Origin: Mobula hypostoma
Taxonomy: Eukaryota
Reading direction: 5' to 3'
Length of the DNA: 64,000 nt
Assembly (NCBI RefSeq): GCF_963921235.1
Contig: NC_086108.1
Span: 79,300,001 to 79,364,000 of the forward strand
Below the pieces are notes generated by a model, which saw only the letters and a program-made list of their open reading frames with translations, was not told the origin of the DNA and did not search any database. Below, one piece after another: positions 1-11,403 of the stretch; position 1 is the stretch's first letter; each line of letters opens with the position of its first letter. The translations under genes and the position numbers were made by a program.

Positions 1-462
1 ACAACAGCGCCTCTTTCACCTTGAACAGTTGAAGAAGTTTGATATGGGCCCCCAAATCCTAAGAACTTTCTACAGGGGCACAATTGAGAGCATCCTGACT
101 AGCTGCATTACTGCCTGGTATGGGAACTGTATTTCCTCAATCGCAGGACTCTGCAGAGAGTGGTGCAGACAGCCCAGTGCATTTGTAGACGTGAATTTCC
201 CACTATTTAGGACATTAACAAAGACAGGTGTATAAAAAGGGCCCGAAGGATCATTGGAGACCCTTGTCACCCCAACCACAAACTGTTCCAGCTGCTACCA
301 TCTGGGAAATGGTACCACTGCATAAAAGTCAGCACCAACAGGTTCCAGGACAGCTTCTTCCACCAGGCCTTCAGACTGCTTAATTCATGCTGACGCATGT
401 AACATAAAGATTTTTACTCCACATGTATATAAAGGATGTAAGTAATAAAGTCAATTCAATTC
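1..462 (+). mobile_element. Rex1/Babar-type LINE, 3' fragment
   Basis: Translation KKFDMGPQILRTFYRGTIESILTSCITAWYGNC is the typical Rex1/Babar RT C-terminal region; ends AATAAAGTCAATTCAATTC. Confidence 0.8.
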
Positions 463-469
463 AGAAGAT

Positions 470-1660
470 CTATCAGTAAACAAAGATTAGGAATAAATGG
501 ATCTTTATTTGGTTGGTAAGATGTAATGGTTGATGTGTTACAGATATCAGTGTTAGGGTCTCAACATTTTACAATTTATACAAAATACTGCTCCAATTCT
601 TTTTAGGAAAAATTGAAGAAGAATCATATGGTAGAAATGGCAAGAAACTGATGCGCTCTGAGATAGGTAATCTGGATGTCTTTGTAGAGGATTCATATCA
701 GGCTACTGAGCGGGTACAGCAAATAGTTACGAAAGCTAACATAGTTATTATTTATTGCTTGGGGGAATTCAATAAAAATAAAAAAGTTAATGCTTCAGAA
801 ATACCGCAAGTCATTGGTGAGACCACATCTGAACTACACTGTCTAGAATTGATCTCAATATTGGAATCAGAATCAGGTTTGTTATCACTGTCTTATATGA
901 CATAAATGTTGTTTTGCGGCAGCAGTACAGTGCAAAAACATAAAATTACTATAAATTACAAAATAATTAAATAGTGCAAATAAAAGGAAGAACGAGGTTG
1001 TGTTCATGGATTTGTGAACTGTTCAGAAATCTGATGACGAAGGGCAAGAAGCCATTCCTGAATCACTATGTGTGGGTCTTCAGGTTCCTGAAAGTAGTAC
1101 CAAGAAAACAGATAGTGAGCGATCTTAATGATGGATGCTACCATCTTGATGAAATACCTCTTGAAGATGCCCTCAATGGTGGGGACGGTTGTGCCTATGA
1201 AGGAGCGGGCTAAGTCTATAATCTTCTGCAAACATTTCTGATCCCATGAAGCAATCAGACAGAATGTTCTCCACTGCACATCAATGGAAATTTGCAAGAA
1301 ATACCAAATCTCCTCAATCTTCTAATGAAATAGAGTCACTAGCATGTCTTCTTTATTTTATTTTCTCATCTAAGGATTTATATGTACTGGGAGAAGTTCA
1401 AAGACAACTCAGAGAATGGGCATATTGTCTCATTAGGAAAGATGGACACACTGATGGAGTTTAGAATAATGTGGGGTGCCTGTTTGAGACCTATAAGACC
1501 TCAAAGGATTTTGATATCATGGTTATGGAAAGAATGCTGTGGTAGAACCTAGAACTAGAGATCGCTGTTTAAACATAAAGTATTATCTATTTTTAGGCAA
1601 AGAAAGCATGATTTTTTTTTCTCTATGGAAGTATCATGAATCTTTAAGACTGTCTTATAA
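470..1660 (+). mobile_element. Old decayed CR1 LINE RT/3' fragment, interrupted by younger insertions; continues about 4218-4390
   Basis: Degenerate CR1 RT-region sequence (GINGSLFGW-like, cagtgttagggtctcaacattttacaatttata, ggtgagaccacatctg). Confidence 0.55.
862..1345 (-). mobile_element. Rex1/Babar-type LINE 3' fragment
   Basis: Minus-strand ORF QKIIDLARSFIGTTVPTIEGIFKRYFIKMVASIIK; tail ...gataacaaacctgattctgattcc. Confidence 0.7.
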
Positions 1661-1662
1661 AA

Positions 1663-4217
1663 AGAAACATAGAAACATAGAAAACCTACAGCACAATACA
1701 GGCCCCTCGGCCCACAAAGTTGTGCCGAACATGTCCCTAACTTAGAAATTACTAGGCTTACCTAAAGCCCTCTAAGCTCCATGTACCTATCCAAAAGTCT
1801 CTTAAAAGACCCTATCGTATCCGCCTCCACCATTGTTGCCGGCAGCCCATTCCACACACTCACCACTCTCTGAGCAAAAAACTTACCCCTGACATCTCCT
1901 CTGTACCTACTCCCTAGCACCTTAAACCTGTGTCCTTCGTAGCAACCATTTCAGCCCTGGGAAAAAGCCTCTGACTATCCACACAATCAATGCCCTCATC
2001 ATCCTATACACCTCTATCAGGTCACCTCTCATCCTCTGTCGCTCCAAGGAGAAAAGGTCGAGTTCATTCAACCTATTCTCATAAGACATGATCCCCAATC
2101 CAGGCAATATTCTTGTAAATCTCCTCTGCACCCTTTCTATGGCTTCCATATCCTTCCTGTAGTGAGGCAACCAGATATGAGCACAGTACTCCAAGTGGGG
2201 TCTGACCAGGGTCTTATACAGCTGCAACATTACCTCTCGGCTCCTAAGTTCAATTCCATGATTGATGAAGGCCAATACACCATACGCCTTCTTAACCACA
2301 GAGTCAACCTGAGCAGCTCCTTTGAGTGTCCTATGGACTCGGACCCCAACATCCCTCTGATCTTCCACACTGCCAACAGTCTTACCATTAATACTATATT
2401 CTGTCATCATATTTGACCTACCAAAATGAACCACTTCACACTTACCTGGGTTGAACTCCATCTGCCACTTCTCAGCCCAGTTTTGCATCCTATCAATGTC
2501 CCGCTGTAACCTCTGACAGTTCTCCACACTATTCACAACACTTCCAACCTTTGTGTCATCAGCAAACTTACTAACCCATCCCTCCACTTCCTCATCCAGG
2601 TCATTTATAAAAATCACGAAGAGTAAGGGTCCCAGAACAGATCCCTGAGGCACTCCACTGGTGACTGACCTCCATGCAGAATATGACCTGTCTACAACCA
2701 CTCTTTGCCTTCTGTGGGCAAGCCAGTTCTGGATCCACAAAGCAATGTCCCCTTGGATCCCATGCCTCCTTGCTTTCTCAATAAGCCTTGCATGGGATAC
2801 CTCATCAAATGTCTTGCTGAAATCCATATACACTACATCTACTGCTCTTCCTCCATCAATGTGTTCAGTCACGTCCTCAAAAAATTCAATCAGGCTCGCA
2901 AGGCACGACCTGCTCTTGACAAAGCCACGCTGACTATTCCTAATCATATTATATCTCTCCAAGTGTTCATAAATCCTGCCTCTCAGGATCTTCTTCATCA
3001 ACTTACCAACTACTGAGGTAAGACTCACTGGTCTATAATTTTCTGGGCTATCTCTACTCCCTTTTTTAAACAAAGGAACAACATCTGCAACCCTTCAATC
3101 CTCCGGAACCTCTCCCGTCCCCATTGATGATGCAAAGATCATCACCAGAGGCTCAGAAATCTCCTCCCTTGCCTCCCACAGTAGCCTGGGGTACATCTCA
3201 TCCGGTCCCAGCGACTTATCCAACTTGATGCTTTCCAAAAGCTCCAGCACATCCTCTTTCTTAATACTTACATGCTCAAGCTTTTCAGTCTGCTGCAAGT
3301 CATCACTATAATCACCAAGATCCTTTTCCATAGTGAATACTGAAGTAAAGTATCCATTAAGTACCTCTGCTATTTCCTCCAGTTCCATACATACTTTCCC
3401 ACTGTCACACTTGATAGTTCCTATTCTTTCACACCCTATCCTCTTGCTCTTCACATACCTGTAGAATGCCTTGGTGTTTTCCTTAATCCTGCCCGCCAAG
3501 GCCTTCTCATGGCTCTTTCTGGCTCTCCTAATTTCCTTCTTAAGCTCCTTCCTATTAGCCTTATAATCTTCTAGATCTCTAACATTACCTAGCTTTCTGA
3601 ACCTTTTGTAAGCTTTTCTTTTCTTCTTGACTAGATTTAATATAGCCTTTGTACACCACAGTTCCTGTACCCTACCATAATTTCCCTGTCTCATTGGAAC
3701 GTACCTATGCAGAACTCCACACAAATTTCCCCTGAACATTTGCCACATTTCTTCTGTACTTTTCCCTGAGAACATCTGTTTCCAATATAAGCCTCCAATT
3801 TCCTGCCTGACAGCCTCATAATTCCCCTTACTCCAATTAAGCACTTTTCTAACTTGTCTGTTCCTATCTTTCTCCAATGCTATTGTAAAGGAGATAGAAT
3901 TGTGATCACTATCTCCAAAATGCTCTCCCACTGAGAGATCTGACACCTGACCAGTTTCACTTCCCAATACCATATCAAGTACAGCCTCTCCTCTTGTAGG
4001 ATTATCTACATATTGTGTCAAGAAACCTTCCTGAACGCACCTAACAAACTCCAACCCATCTAAACCCCTTGCTCTAGGGAGATGCCAATCAAAATTTGGG
4101 AAATTAAAAGCTCCCATCACAACAATTCTGTTATTATTACACCTTTCCAGGATCTGTTTCCCTATCTACTCATCACTATCCCTGTTCCTATTGGGCAGCC
4201 TATAAAAAACACCTCAA
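1663..4217 (-). mobile_element. CR1 LINE, 5'-truncated; ORF2 (part of APE endonuclease plus RT) disrupted near 3075-3095
   Basis: ORFs 3095-4120 and 1922-3073 contain NYRPVSLTS, QRGF, DFSKTFD, GVPQGSVLGP, KFADDTK, RPHLEYC; (TTTCTATG)n tail at about 1663-1682. Confidence 0.92.
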
Positions 4218-4394
4218 AGTATGGTGGAAGAGAATACTTTGAATCATTTTATGGTGCAGGTAGATTATTTTCCAAAGCAAGAGGCTGAAAGGTTACCAAA
4301 AGAAGACAGTAGTGCAGAGTTAGGTTTTAATTGGATGAGCCATGATTTTCTTAAAGGCTACTTGGCTCATGGACCAAGTATCCTACTTCTAATT

Positions 4395-4830
4395 ATCAGA
4401 ATCGGGTTTATTATCACTGACATACACCATGAAATTTGTTGTTTTGTGGCAGCTGTGCAGTGCAAGAGATAAAAAAAGTACTGTTAGTTACAATCAAATA
4501 ACCAATGCAAAAGAGGAATAGTGAGATAGTGTTCATGGGTTCGCAGACTGTTCAGAAATCTGATGGTGGAGGGAAAGAAACTGATCTTAAACTTTGAGTA
4601 TGTGCCTTTAGTCTCCTGTACCTCCTCCCTGATAGCGGTAATGAGAAGAGGGCATGTCCTGGATGGTGAGGGTCCTTAGTGATGGCTGCTGCTTGCGCAA
4701 GGCATCACCTTTTGAAGATGTCATTGGTGGTAGGGAGGCTGGTACCTATGACGGAGCCGGCTAAGTCTATACCCCTCTGCAGCCTCTACCAATCCTGAGT
4801 ATTGGAACCCCAACACCAGGCAGAATGCTG
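4395..4830 (-). mobile_element. Rex1/Babar-type LINE 3' fragment
   Basis: Same 3' family sequence as 862-1345 (gtttattatcactgacat...gagaagagggcatgtcctggatggtg). Confidence 0.7.
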
Positions 4831-5149
4831 TCCACAGCACTTCTGGAGACACTTTCTGGAGATCTGTAAAGTTCTGCTCTAATTCATACACTGTGGATTC
4901 CCATAACATAGAGACACACGAGAAGGATTTCCTCATTGTGAATGCCATGTTCCCAGCACCACACCAGTTATACTCACCTACAATGAGATTCATGCAAGGG
5001 CCAAAACCACAGTGGAAAGTGCCAGGGCTCTCCTGAAGATGAGATTTTTTTGGCCACATTTTTCCAGAAGCAGCTTGCATGCATCAATTTCATTGCAGTC
5101 TGAGTGAGTCTTCAACTGTTGGGGCCCATTGTGAACCGATGGGTCAAAG

Positions 5150-5903
5150 TGAAAGATTCGAAGTACATTTATTATCAAAGTATGTATACGGAATACAAGT
5201 CTGGGGTTCATCCTCCTGCAGGCAGCCTCAAAACAAAGAAACACCATGGAGCCAGTTCAAAGAAAAACATCAGACACCCAACACGCAAAAAAAGAACAAA
5301 TTGAGCCAGCAGCAAAATACGAGCGAATAACACATAGAATATCAACATCAAACCAGGAGCCCAGCAGTCCAATCAAACCTGCAGAAACAGCAGAAAAATG
5401 AGTAACCAGAATCCCGAGACAAATGCAGCATGAATCTCAAAAGTCCCACAAAACGTGTCCACAGCCACGAGCCTCACCAATCAGTCCTTGCAACGTGGAT
5501 GCCAAGAATCCTGCACTTTCCTCTGACAGTAGCTAGTGAGAGGGGGAGGAAAGACCAGCCAAACGCAGGCAGTAAGCACCAAACTCCCGCCCGTGCTCTG
5601 CTCTTGAATTCGGCGACTTCAACCTTGTTCAATGCCTCAATCAAAGAGAAGCAATGGAGTCAATCATGGGCTCGCACCTGGGATCTAGGCTTCCAGGACT
5701 CCAGGCCGTACACTCCGCTTCCAACCTCACCAAACTCCCTCTGAGAGAGCAAAGTGCCAGCTCACTCAATCGAACCAAAAATGCACCATCAAAATGTAAA
5801 TCACGCAGTTTAGTAGTAGAGTCATATTTGAAAGATGTAAAAGATGTAGTTTTGTGAACTGCAGTACGCTGCTCTTAGTCATGTTATTCATTGGCGCCAT
5901 CTG
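5150..5903 (-). mobile_element. Non-coding, non-autonomous retroelement with AGATGGCG 5' end and Rex-like 3' tail
   Basis: 5' end cagatggcgccaa (about 5891-5903); 3' end gtatacatactttgataataaatgtac, shared with 57565-58657. Confidence 0.55.
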
Positions 5904-7448
5904 AAGATTCAATTGTTTTAATGGCTCTATTGTAGGATTACTTCAAGCCATTTAAATCACTCCTTGGTATTTCTCACTGTTACTTGATTATGGATTATAT
6001 TAGTTGCATCTCGGTACCCACTCTGATCAAGGTACTATGACGCACATTACTGTCAGACAGACCGACTGCAATGCTGACGGTCACAGTTGATTCTGATCAG
6101 CAGTCCAAATGGCTCAGAAGCTCATCTAATGTGTACTTCGTGAAAAGATCATATTTCTTCAGCAAGGCTTTTCTTATCAGTGGATACAGAGAATTTATAT
6201 CAAACCATTGATGTTGTAGGGGGTTAAAGAATCATTCGCTGAAATGTGACATTGAGTGCAAAGCAGAATATGACAGAATGTTATATGTTATGTGGGCTCT
6301 CCTGGCACATTACTGATATAATATGATGTTAATGATCATAGTTTGGAGGGGATGATTTGGGTTTTCCTTGCATGAGATCACAAAGGATTAAGTGGCGTTA
6401 TCTAGGATACAGGCCATTGAAAAGATCATTCAGCCCAACCAGTTTATGTAAGGATTTACACTCCACCCGAGTTCCCTCACATCTTTACTAAGCATTAGCA
6501 TCTATTCAATTCTGCCTCATATGTTTGTCCAGTCTCCTCTTAAATGCCTCCATACGATTTACTTTAACCAGGCTCAGTAATCACAAGTTCCACATTCTCA
6601 TGGTGAAAGAATTCTTAATTTTACAGTGTAAACATTATCTCTGCATCTACTCTAACAAAATCTTTCATCTTAATGACATCTACTAAGTCACCTCCCAGCC
6701 TACCTTGCTCAATGGAAAAGAGATGCTGGTGTTCATCCTTTCCAGATATATACACCTATAGGTTTCTGGTATTACCTTTATAAATTTCTCTCTGGACTCT
6801 CCCTTAGAGTCCTTGAGTCATAGAACAGTACAGCACAGAAACAGCTCCTTCGACCCATCTAGCCTGTGCTGAACCCGTTTAAACTGTCTACTCCTATTGA
6901 TCTGTACCAGGACCATGGGCCTCCATATCCCACCCATCCATGTCCTTATCTAAACTTCTGTTAAACATAGAAATTGAGCTCACATGCACAACTCTCACAA
7001 CCCTCAGAGTGAATAAGTTTCCCTTCATGTTGCCCTTAAACTTTTCAGCTTTCACCATTAACCCATGACCTCTGGTTGTAGTCCCACCCAACCTTAATGG
7101 AAGTAGCCTGCTTGCATTTACACAATCTATGAACCTCATAATTCTCTATACCTCTATCATATCTTCTCTAAGTCTTCTATGTTCTAAGGAATAATGTCCT
7201 AACCTAGTCAATGTTTCCTTATAACTCAGGTCCTCCAGACCCGGCAACATCATTTAAATTTCCTCTCAACTCTTTCAACCTTGTTTACATATTTCCTGTA
7301 GGTAGGTGACCAAAACTGCACATATTACTTCAAATTAGGCCTCACCAGCATCGTATACAACTTCAACATAACATCTTATCTTCTGACAACACACATCAAA
7401 GTTGCTGGTGAACGCAGCAGGCCAGGCAGCATCTGTAGGAAGAGGTGC

Positions 7449-7484
7449 AGTCGACGTTTCAGGCCGAGACCCTTCGTCAGGACT
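7449..7484 (-). ncRNA. Minimal type I hammerhead ribozyme motif (PLE-associated)
   Basis: AGUC-CUGACGA-AGG-GUCUCGG-CCU-GAAA-CG-UC-GACU: intact CUGANGA and GAAA core, stem I AGUC/GACU, stem II AGG/CCU, palindromic ACGU stem III. Confidence 0.8.
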
Positions 7485-7782
7485 AACTGAAGGAAGAGTG
7501 AGTAAGGGATTTGAAAGTTGGAGGGGGAGGGGGAGATCCAAAATGATAGGAGAAGACAGGAGGGGGAGGGATAGAGCTGAGAGCTGGACAGGTGATAGGC
7601 AAAAGGGGATACGAGAGGATCATGGGACAGGAGGTCCGGGAAGAAAGACAAGGAGGGGGTGGGGGACTCAGAGGATGGGCAAGAGGTATATTCAGAGGGA
7701 CAGAGGGAGAAAAAAGAGAGTGAGAGAAAGAATGTGTGCATAAAAATAAGTAACAGATGGGGTATGAGGGGGAGGTGGGGCC

Positions 7783-8055
7783 TTAGCAGAAGTTAGAGAA
7801 GTCGATGTTCATGCCATCAGGTTGGAGGCTACCCAGACAGAATATAAGGTGTTGTTCCTCCAACCTGAGTGTGGCTTCATCTTTACAGTAGAGGAGGCCA
7901 TGGATAGACATGTCAGAATGGGAATGGGATGTGGAATTAAAATGTGTGGCCACTGGGAGATCCTGCTTTCTCTGGCGGACAGAGCGTAGATGTTCAGCAA
8001 AGCGGTCTCCCAGTCTGCGTTGGGTCTCGCCAATATATAAAAGGCCACATCGGGA
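7783..8055 (-). pseudogene. PLE GIY-YIG endonuclease C-terminal fragment
   Basis: Hand translation SRCGLLYIGETQRRLGDRFAEHLRSVRQRKQDLPVATHFN...LEEQHLIFCLGSLQPDGMNIDFSNFC*. Confidence 0.88.
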
Positions 8056-8198
8056 GAACTTTGATGTGTGTTGCTTGAATTTCCAGCATCTGCAGAATTC
8101 CTGTTGTTTGCGTTTAAAATCTTATCTTCTGAATTCAGTACATTGATTTATGAAGGTCAATGTCCCAAAAGCTTTCTTTACAACCCTTTCTACCTGTG

Positions 8199-8753
8199 TA
8201 TGGGGTGTCAGGGAGGGGTAGCAGGTCTGGTGGGGAACATGTCGCGTCCTTTTCAAGGCGGTTAGTCCACCTTTGGTCCCCATCTGGCACTCAGCTCTCA
8301 CCTGTGGCTCCCCGTAGCTGTTTGCATGTGACAACGGCCACAACCCGGGCAACGGCTTCAACAAGCCAGTTAAACCAGTTGAGGGTAGCCGAGGGGTCTC
8401 AAACGCTCAGTGAGATAGGGAGTTGTCTATCTCAGCATGTGAAGACAGACTCTGGTGGATTGAGCGGACGAGACCAATGGAAGGTCCAACGGTTGAGAAG
8501 GCAGTCTCTGCAAGCGTCGTGGAACGTGTAGAGCAGGACAAGACACAGAAGACGTCCTGGTCATTCACTGCGCCTAGTCCCATCTCCAGCCGTCTCGACT
8601 CTGTCTTGCCACTGGATCCAGATGGGAATTGGGAAGAGAGAGTGAGGCTGACGCTGCGCAACTCTCCCTCACTTAAATCCAAATCACGCGCTAGTCTCGA
8701 CACCACCATAACAGTGTCGAGGTCCTCATCACCGTCAATGATGGATGAACACA
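8199..8753 (+). mobile_element. Non-autonomous retroelement, probably derived from an RTE-clade LINE 5' UTR plus short 3' end
   Basis: 10-bp TSD TCTACCTGTG (8189-8198 / 8754-8763); CpG-rich; homologous to 31430-31790; RTE assignment is from recalled family motifs. Confidence 0.7.
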
Positions 8754-10743
8754 TCTACCTGTGATGCCACATTCATCGAATTATGTGCCTGTATTTCCAG
8801 GTCCCTTTGTTCTACCACACTCCTCAGTGCCCTACCATTCACTGTGTAAGACCTACCCTGGTTGGCCCTACCAAAGTGCAAAACCTCGTATTTGTCTGCA
8901 TTAAATTCCATCCGCTATTTTTCAGCCCATTTTTCCAACTGATCAGATCCCCCTTAAGCTTTGAATGCCTTCCTTGCTGTCCACTAGGCCTGAAAGCTTG
9001 GTGTCATTCTCAAATTTGCTGATCCAGTCATTAATATATATGACAAACAACAACGGACCCAGCACCAATCCTTGTGGCACACCACTAGTTACAAGCCTCC
9101 AGTTGAGAAAGGCAACTAGCTACCAGCACTCTCTGGCATCTCCCACGAAACCAATGTTGAATCCAATTTACTACCTAATCCTGAATGACAAGCAACTTAA
9201 CCTTTTTGACCAATCTCCCATATGAGACTTTGCCAAAGGCCTTGCTAAAGTCCATGTAGGCAACATTCACTGCCTTTCCTTCATCAACTTTCCTGGTAAC
9301 CGCTTCAAAAAGTTGTATTAATTATCTTTGATTCTCATTTTATGAGTGAGAAATATTGTACCATTTAGAACATTGTGACTCAGAACCTTACAAGATTACA
9401 TAAAAATATAACAGACAAACGCCAAGGGGGACAATGAATTTGATCCTTTTTGTGCAAGGTGGAAGGACCATAAATAAGATCAGGATGTGAGACTCTGTTT
9501 AAAGCACACATTGATCATCGTCAAATACCAGCAGTTCATTTATTTCGAGGGTTTGGTGCGGCTTAAAATAAGGTAGATATGTTTTAGGTTATTCATATTT
9601 CCTTCTGTAAGAGGCAGAAATCTTAGGACTCACTCATGCACATACTTAAATACAGCTGCATCGAAGACCCAGAAAGGAGCTTGCCAGGTGATCTTCTGAC
9701 TTTCCTTCAAAAATATTCTCGTCAAGGAGTCCATAGGCAGCAAACGAACATGCCTTTATTTTCCAGCAGTTAGACTGACCCAGATTCATTGTTTCTAGTT
9801 ACTGTATTTCAAAAGTGCAGAAAAACTTCAAGGGAGTTTGGTGAACAGTGCATCATTTTTAATAATTGAGTTAATGTAAGTGAATGTTATGTGTTTTTAT
9901 ACGTTTTAGTTATAAATTAATTTTAATTTTTAAACTGATTTTAATTGTCTTCAAATTCCTCGAAGTGCTAGAAATATTCATGAACTCTTTATAGTCTGGG
10001 CATGGTTTAACTGACTGATGAAGCATTTCTGCATGCAAGACATAATTACATCTTACCATGTGATCGCATTTACTGCAGAAGGCCTCATTGACCAGAGTGG
10101 ATCTGTCTTCAATCAAGAGGTTGCTGCCTGAAGATCTATTAAGGTGAGAGCTGATGCAGCAGTTAAGGGAACAGTAGGCGTGGGTGTCTCACTGCTGTTA
10201 CGAAATTCGGTGGCCACTGGTTTAAGTGTCTTGTGTCTGCAAGCACGCTCTATCATCATACTTCCTGTGCCAAAATTTTCTTGGCACATCATATCTTTAT
10301 CATGTTTGAGTAATGTTTGCTCAATCACTTTTAAATGTTATCTCTCCCTTATCATTAGACTTAATTCTCCCAATATTAGGACTCCCTCACTTTCCCTTTC
10401 TGACTTACTTAGTTTCCTGTTCTCGCATTTGCTCCATTCTTTACCAGAAGACTGACAATGACTTTCATCTCATCTCTCATTATCAATGATGTACTTGATG
10501 TTCTCCCAAGTTTACCATCATAACTCACTACCAAAAGCAGATGTCATACCCCCACGATCAGAAATACATTCTTATTACCGATGGATTGATCCAGTGATTG
10601 TAACAGTGAAATAAATCCCTCTTTGTCCTTGACCTTGCTGTAACCTCTATGTGTTTATCCAGTCTTCTGAAAGGCTCATGATGAAGAATGCAGTAAGGCA
10701 AATTTAATTTGTGTTTTGTATGAAACATGCTGCATTCAGAATA

Positions 10744-11403
10744 CAATGCATTCTGGTTAATTGGGACACATTGGGATGAGTACATTTTGGCCCAGTTAAG
10801 TGGCTGCCCCAATCAGCCGAAGTTCTATGAAAATAGTTAAACAGATATAACAAAGACAAACTCCCTTTAACTGAGAAACAAATTGTGCATTTAAATTAAA
10901 TACAGAACAAATTTGAACACTACCAGTACTACTATAGTACTATAAAACTGTATAATAGTTCCTAATAGTTATTGATGGAGGAATTCATCTAGTGTGTGTG
11001 CTGCTATGTGCTTTTGATTGACTGAAAAATGAACTAAATCAGCGCAGACATTTAGTGCCAATAATGGACTGCCTTCATTGCCTTCCTGCATAAAGTCAAA
11101 ATAAAAAACAATATTATCAAAAATCACTGCTTTTTGAATCGGTGTCCATCGAAAATATAACACAATTGACGCTATTTTAAAACTGTTCAATTCGTAGTGT
11201 CTCTCGGCTACACAAGTGTGCACAACAGATGCCAGTTAGAAACTGTTCAGCAACAGTCTTCTGTCCCAGGTAAGTGGTATAGTGTTCCAAATAAACAAAG
11301 AGAATCCTGGCTATTTGCTCAATTAGTTTTTGTTCTTTGAGAGTTGTCCCAAATAAGTGGCAGTCTCCAATTAACTGATGGTCCAATTAACCAGAATCCA
11401 CTG
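10744..11403 (+). mobile_element. Tc1/pogo (Tigger-like) non-autonomous DNA transposon
   Basis: Terminal inverted repeats caatgcattctggttaattgg / ccaattaaccagaatccactg; TA on the left flank; subterminal inverted similarity. Confidence 0.75.

Larger units (their letters stand above)
7387..8118 (-). mobile_element. Penelope-like element, 5'-truncated, with short inverted pLTR segment (about 8058-8113)
   Basis: 14-bp TSD ATCTTATCTTCTGA (7373-7386 / 8119-8132); GIY-YIG C-terminus; hammerhead motif; inverted terminal segment caacacacatcaaagtt / aactttgatgtgtgttg. Confidence 0.9.
6815..9310 (-). mobile_element. CR1 LINE RT/3' fragment carrying two nested insertions (7387-8118, 8199-8753)
   Basis: CR1 motifs on the minus strand (TRGHGL, QVERVVKKAFGTLTFI, SGVPQGLVLGP, DFSKAF); sequence is continuous across both TSD-flanked inserts. 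Confidence 0.85.

Noticed and set aside
7335..7743. ORFs over the purine-rich PLE terminus (also 48930-49428)
   Set aside because: Low-complexity frames in the PLE 3' region; the genuine coding remnant is the GIY-YIG frame ending at 7783
8199..8360. HDV-like or twister ribozyme at RTE-type 5' ends (also 44720-44880)
   Set aside because: I could not assemble P1/P1.1/P2/P3/P4 or the twister core by hand; kept only as an unexplained motif
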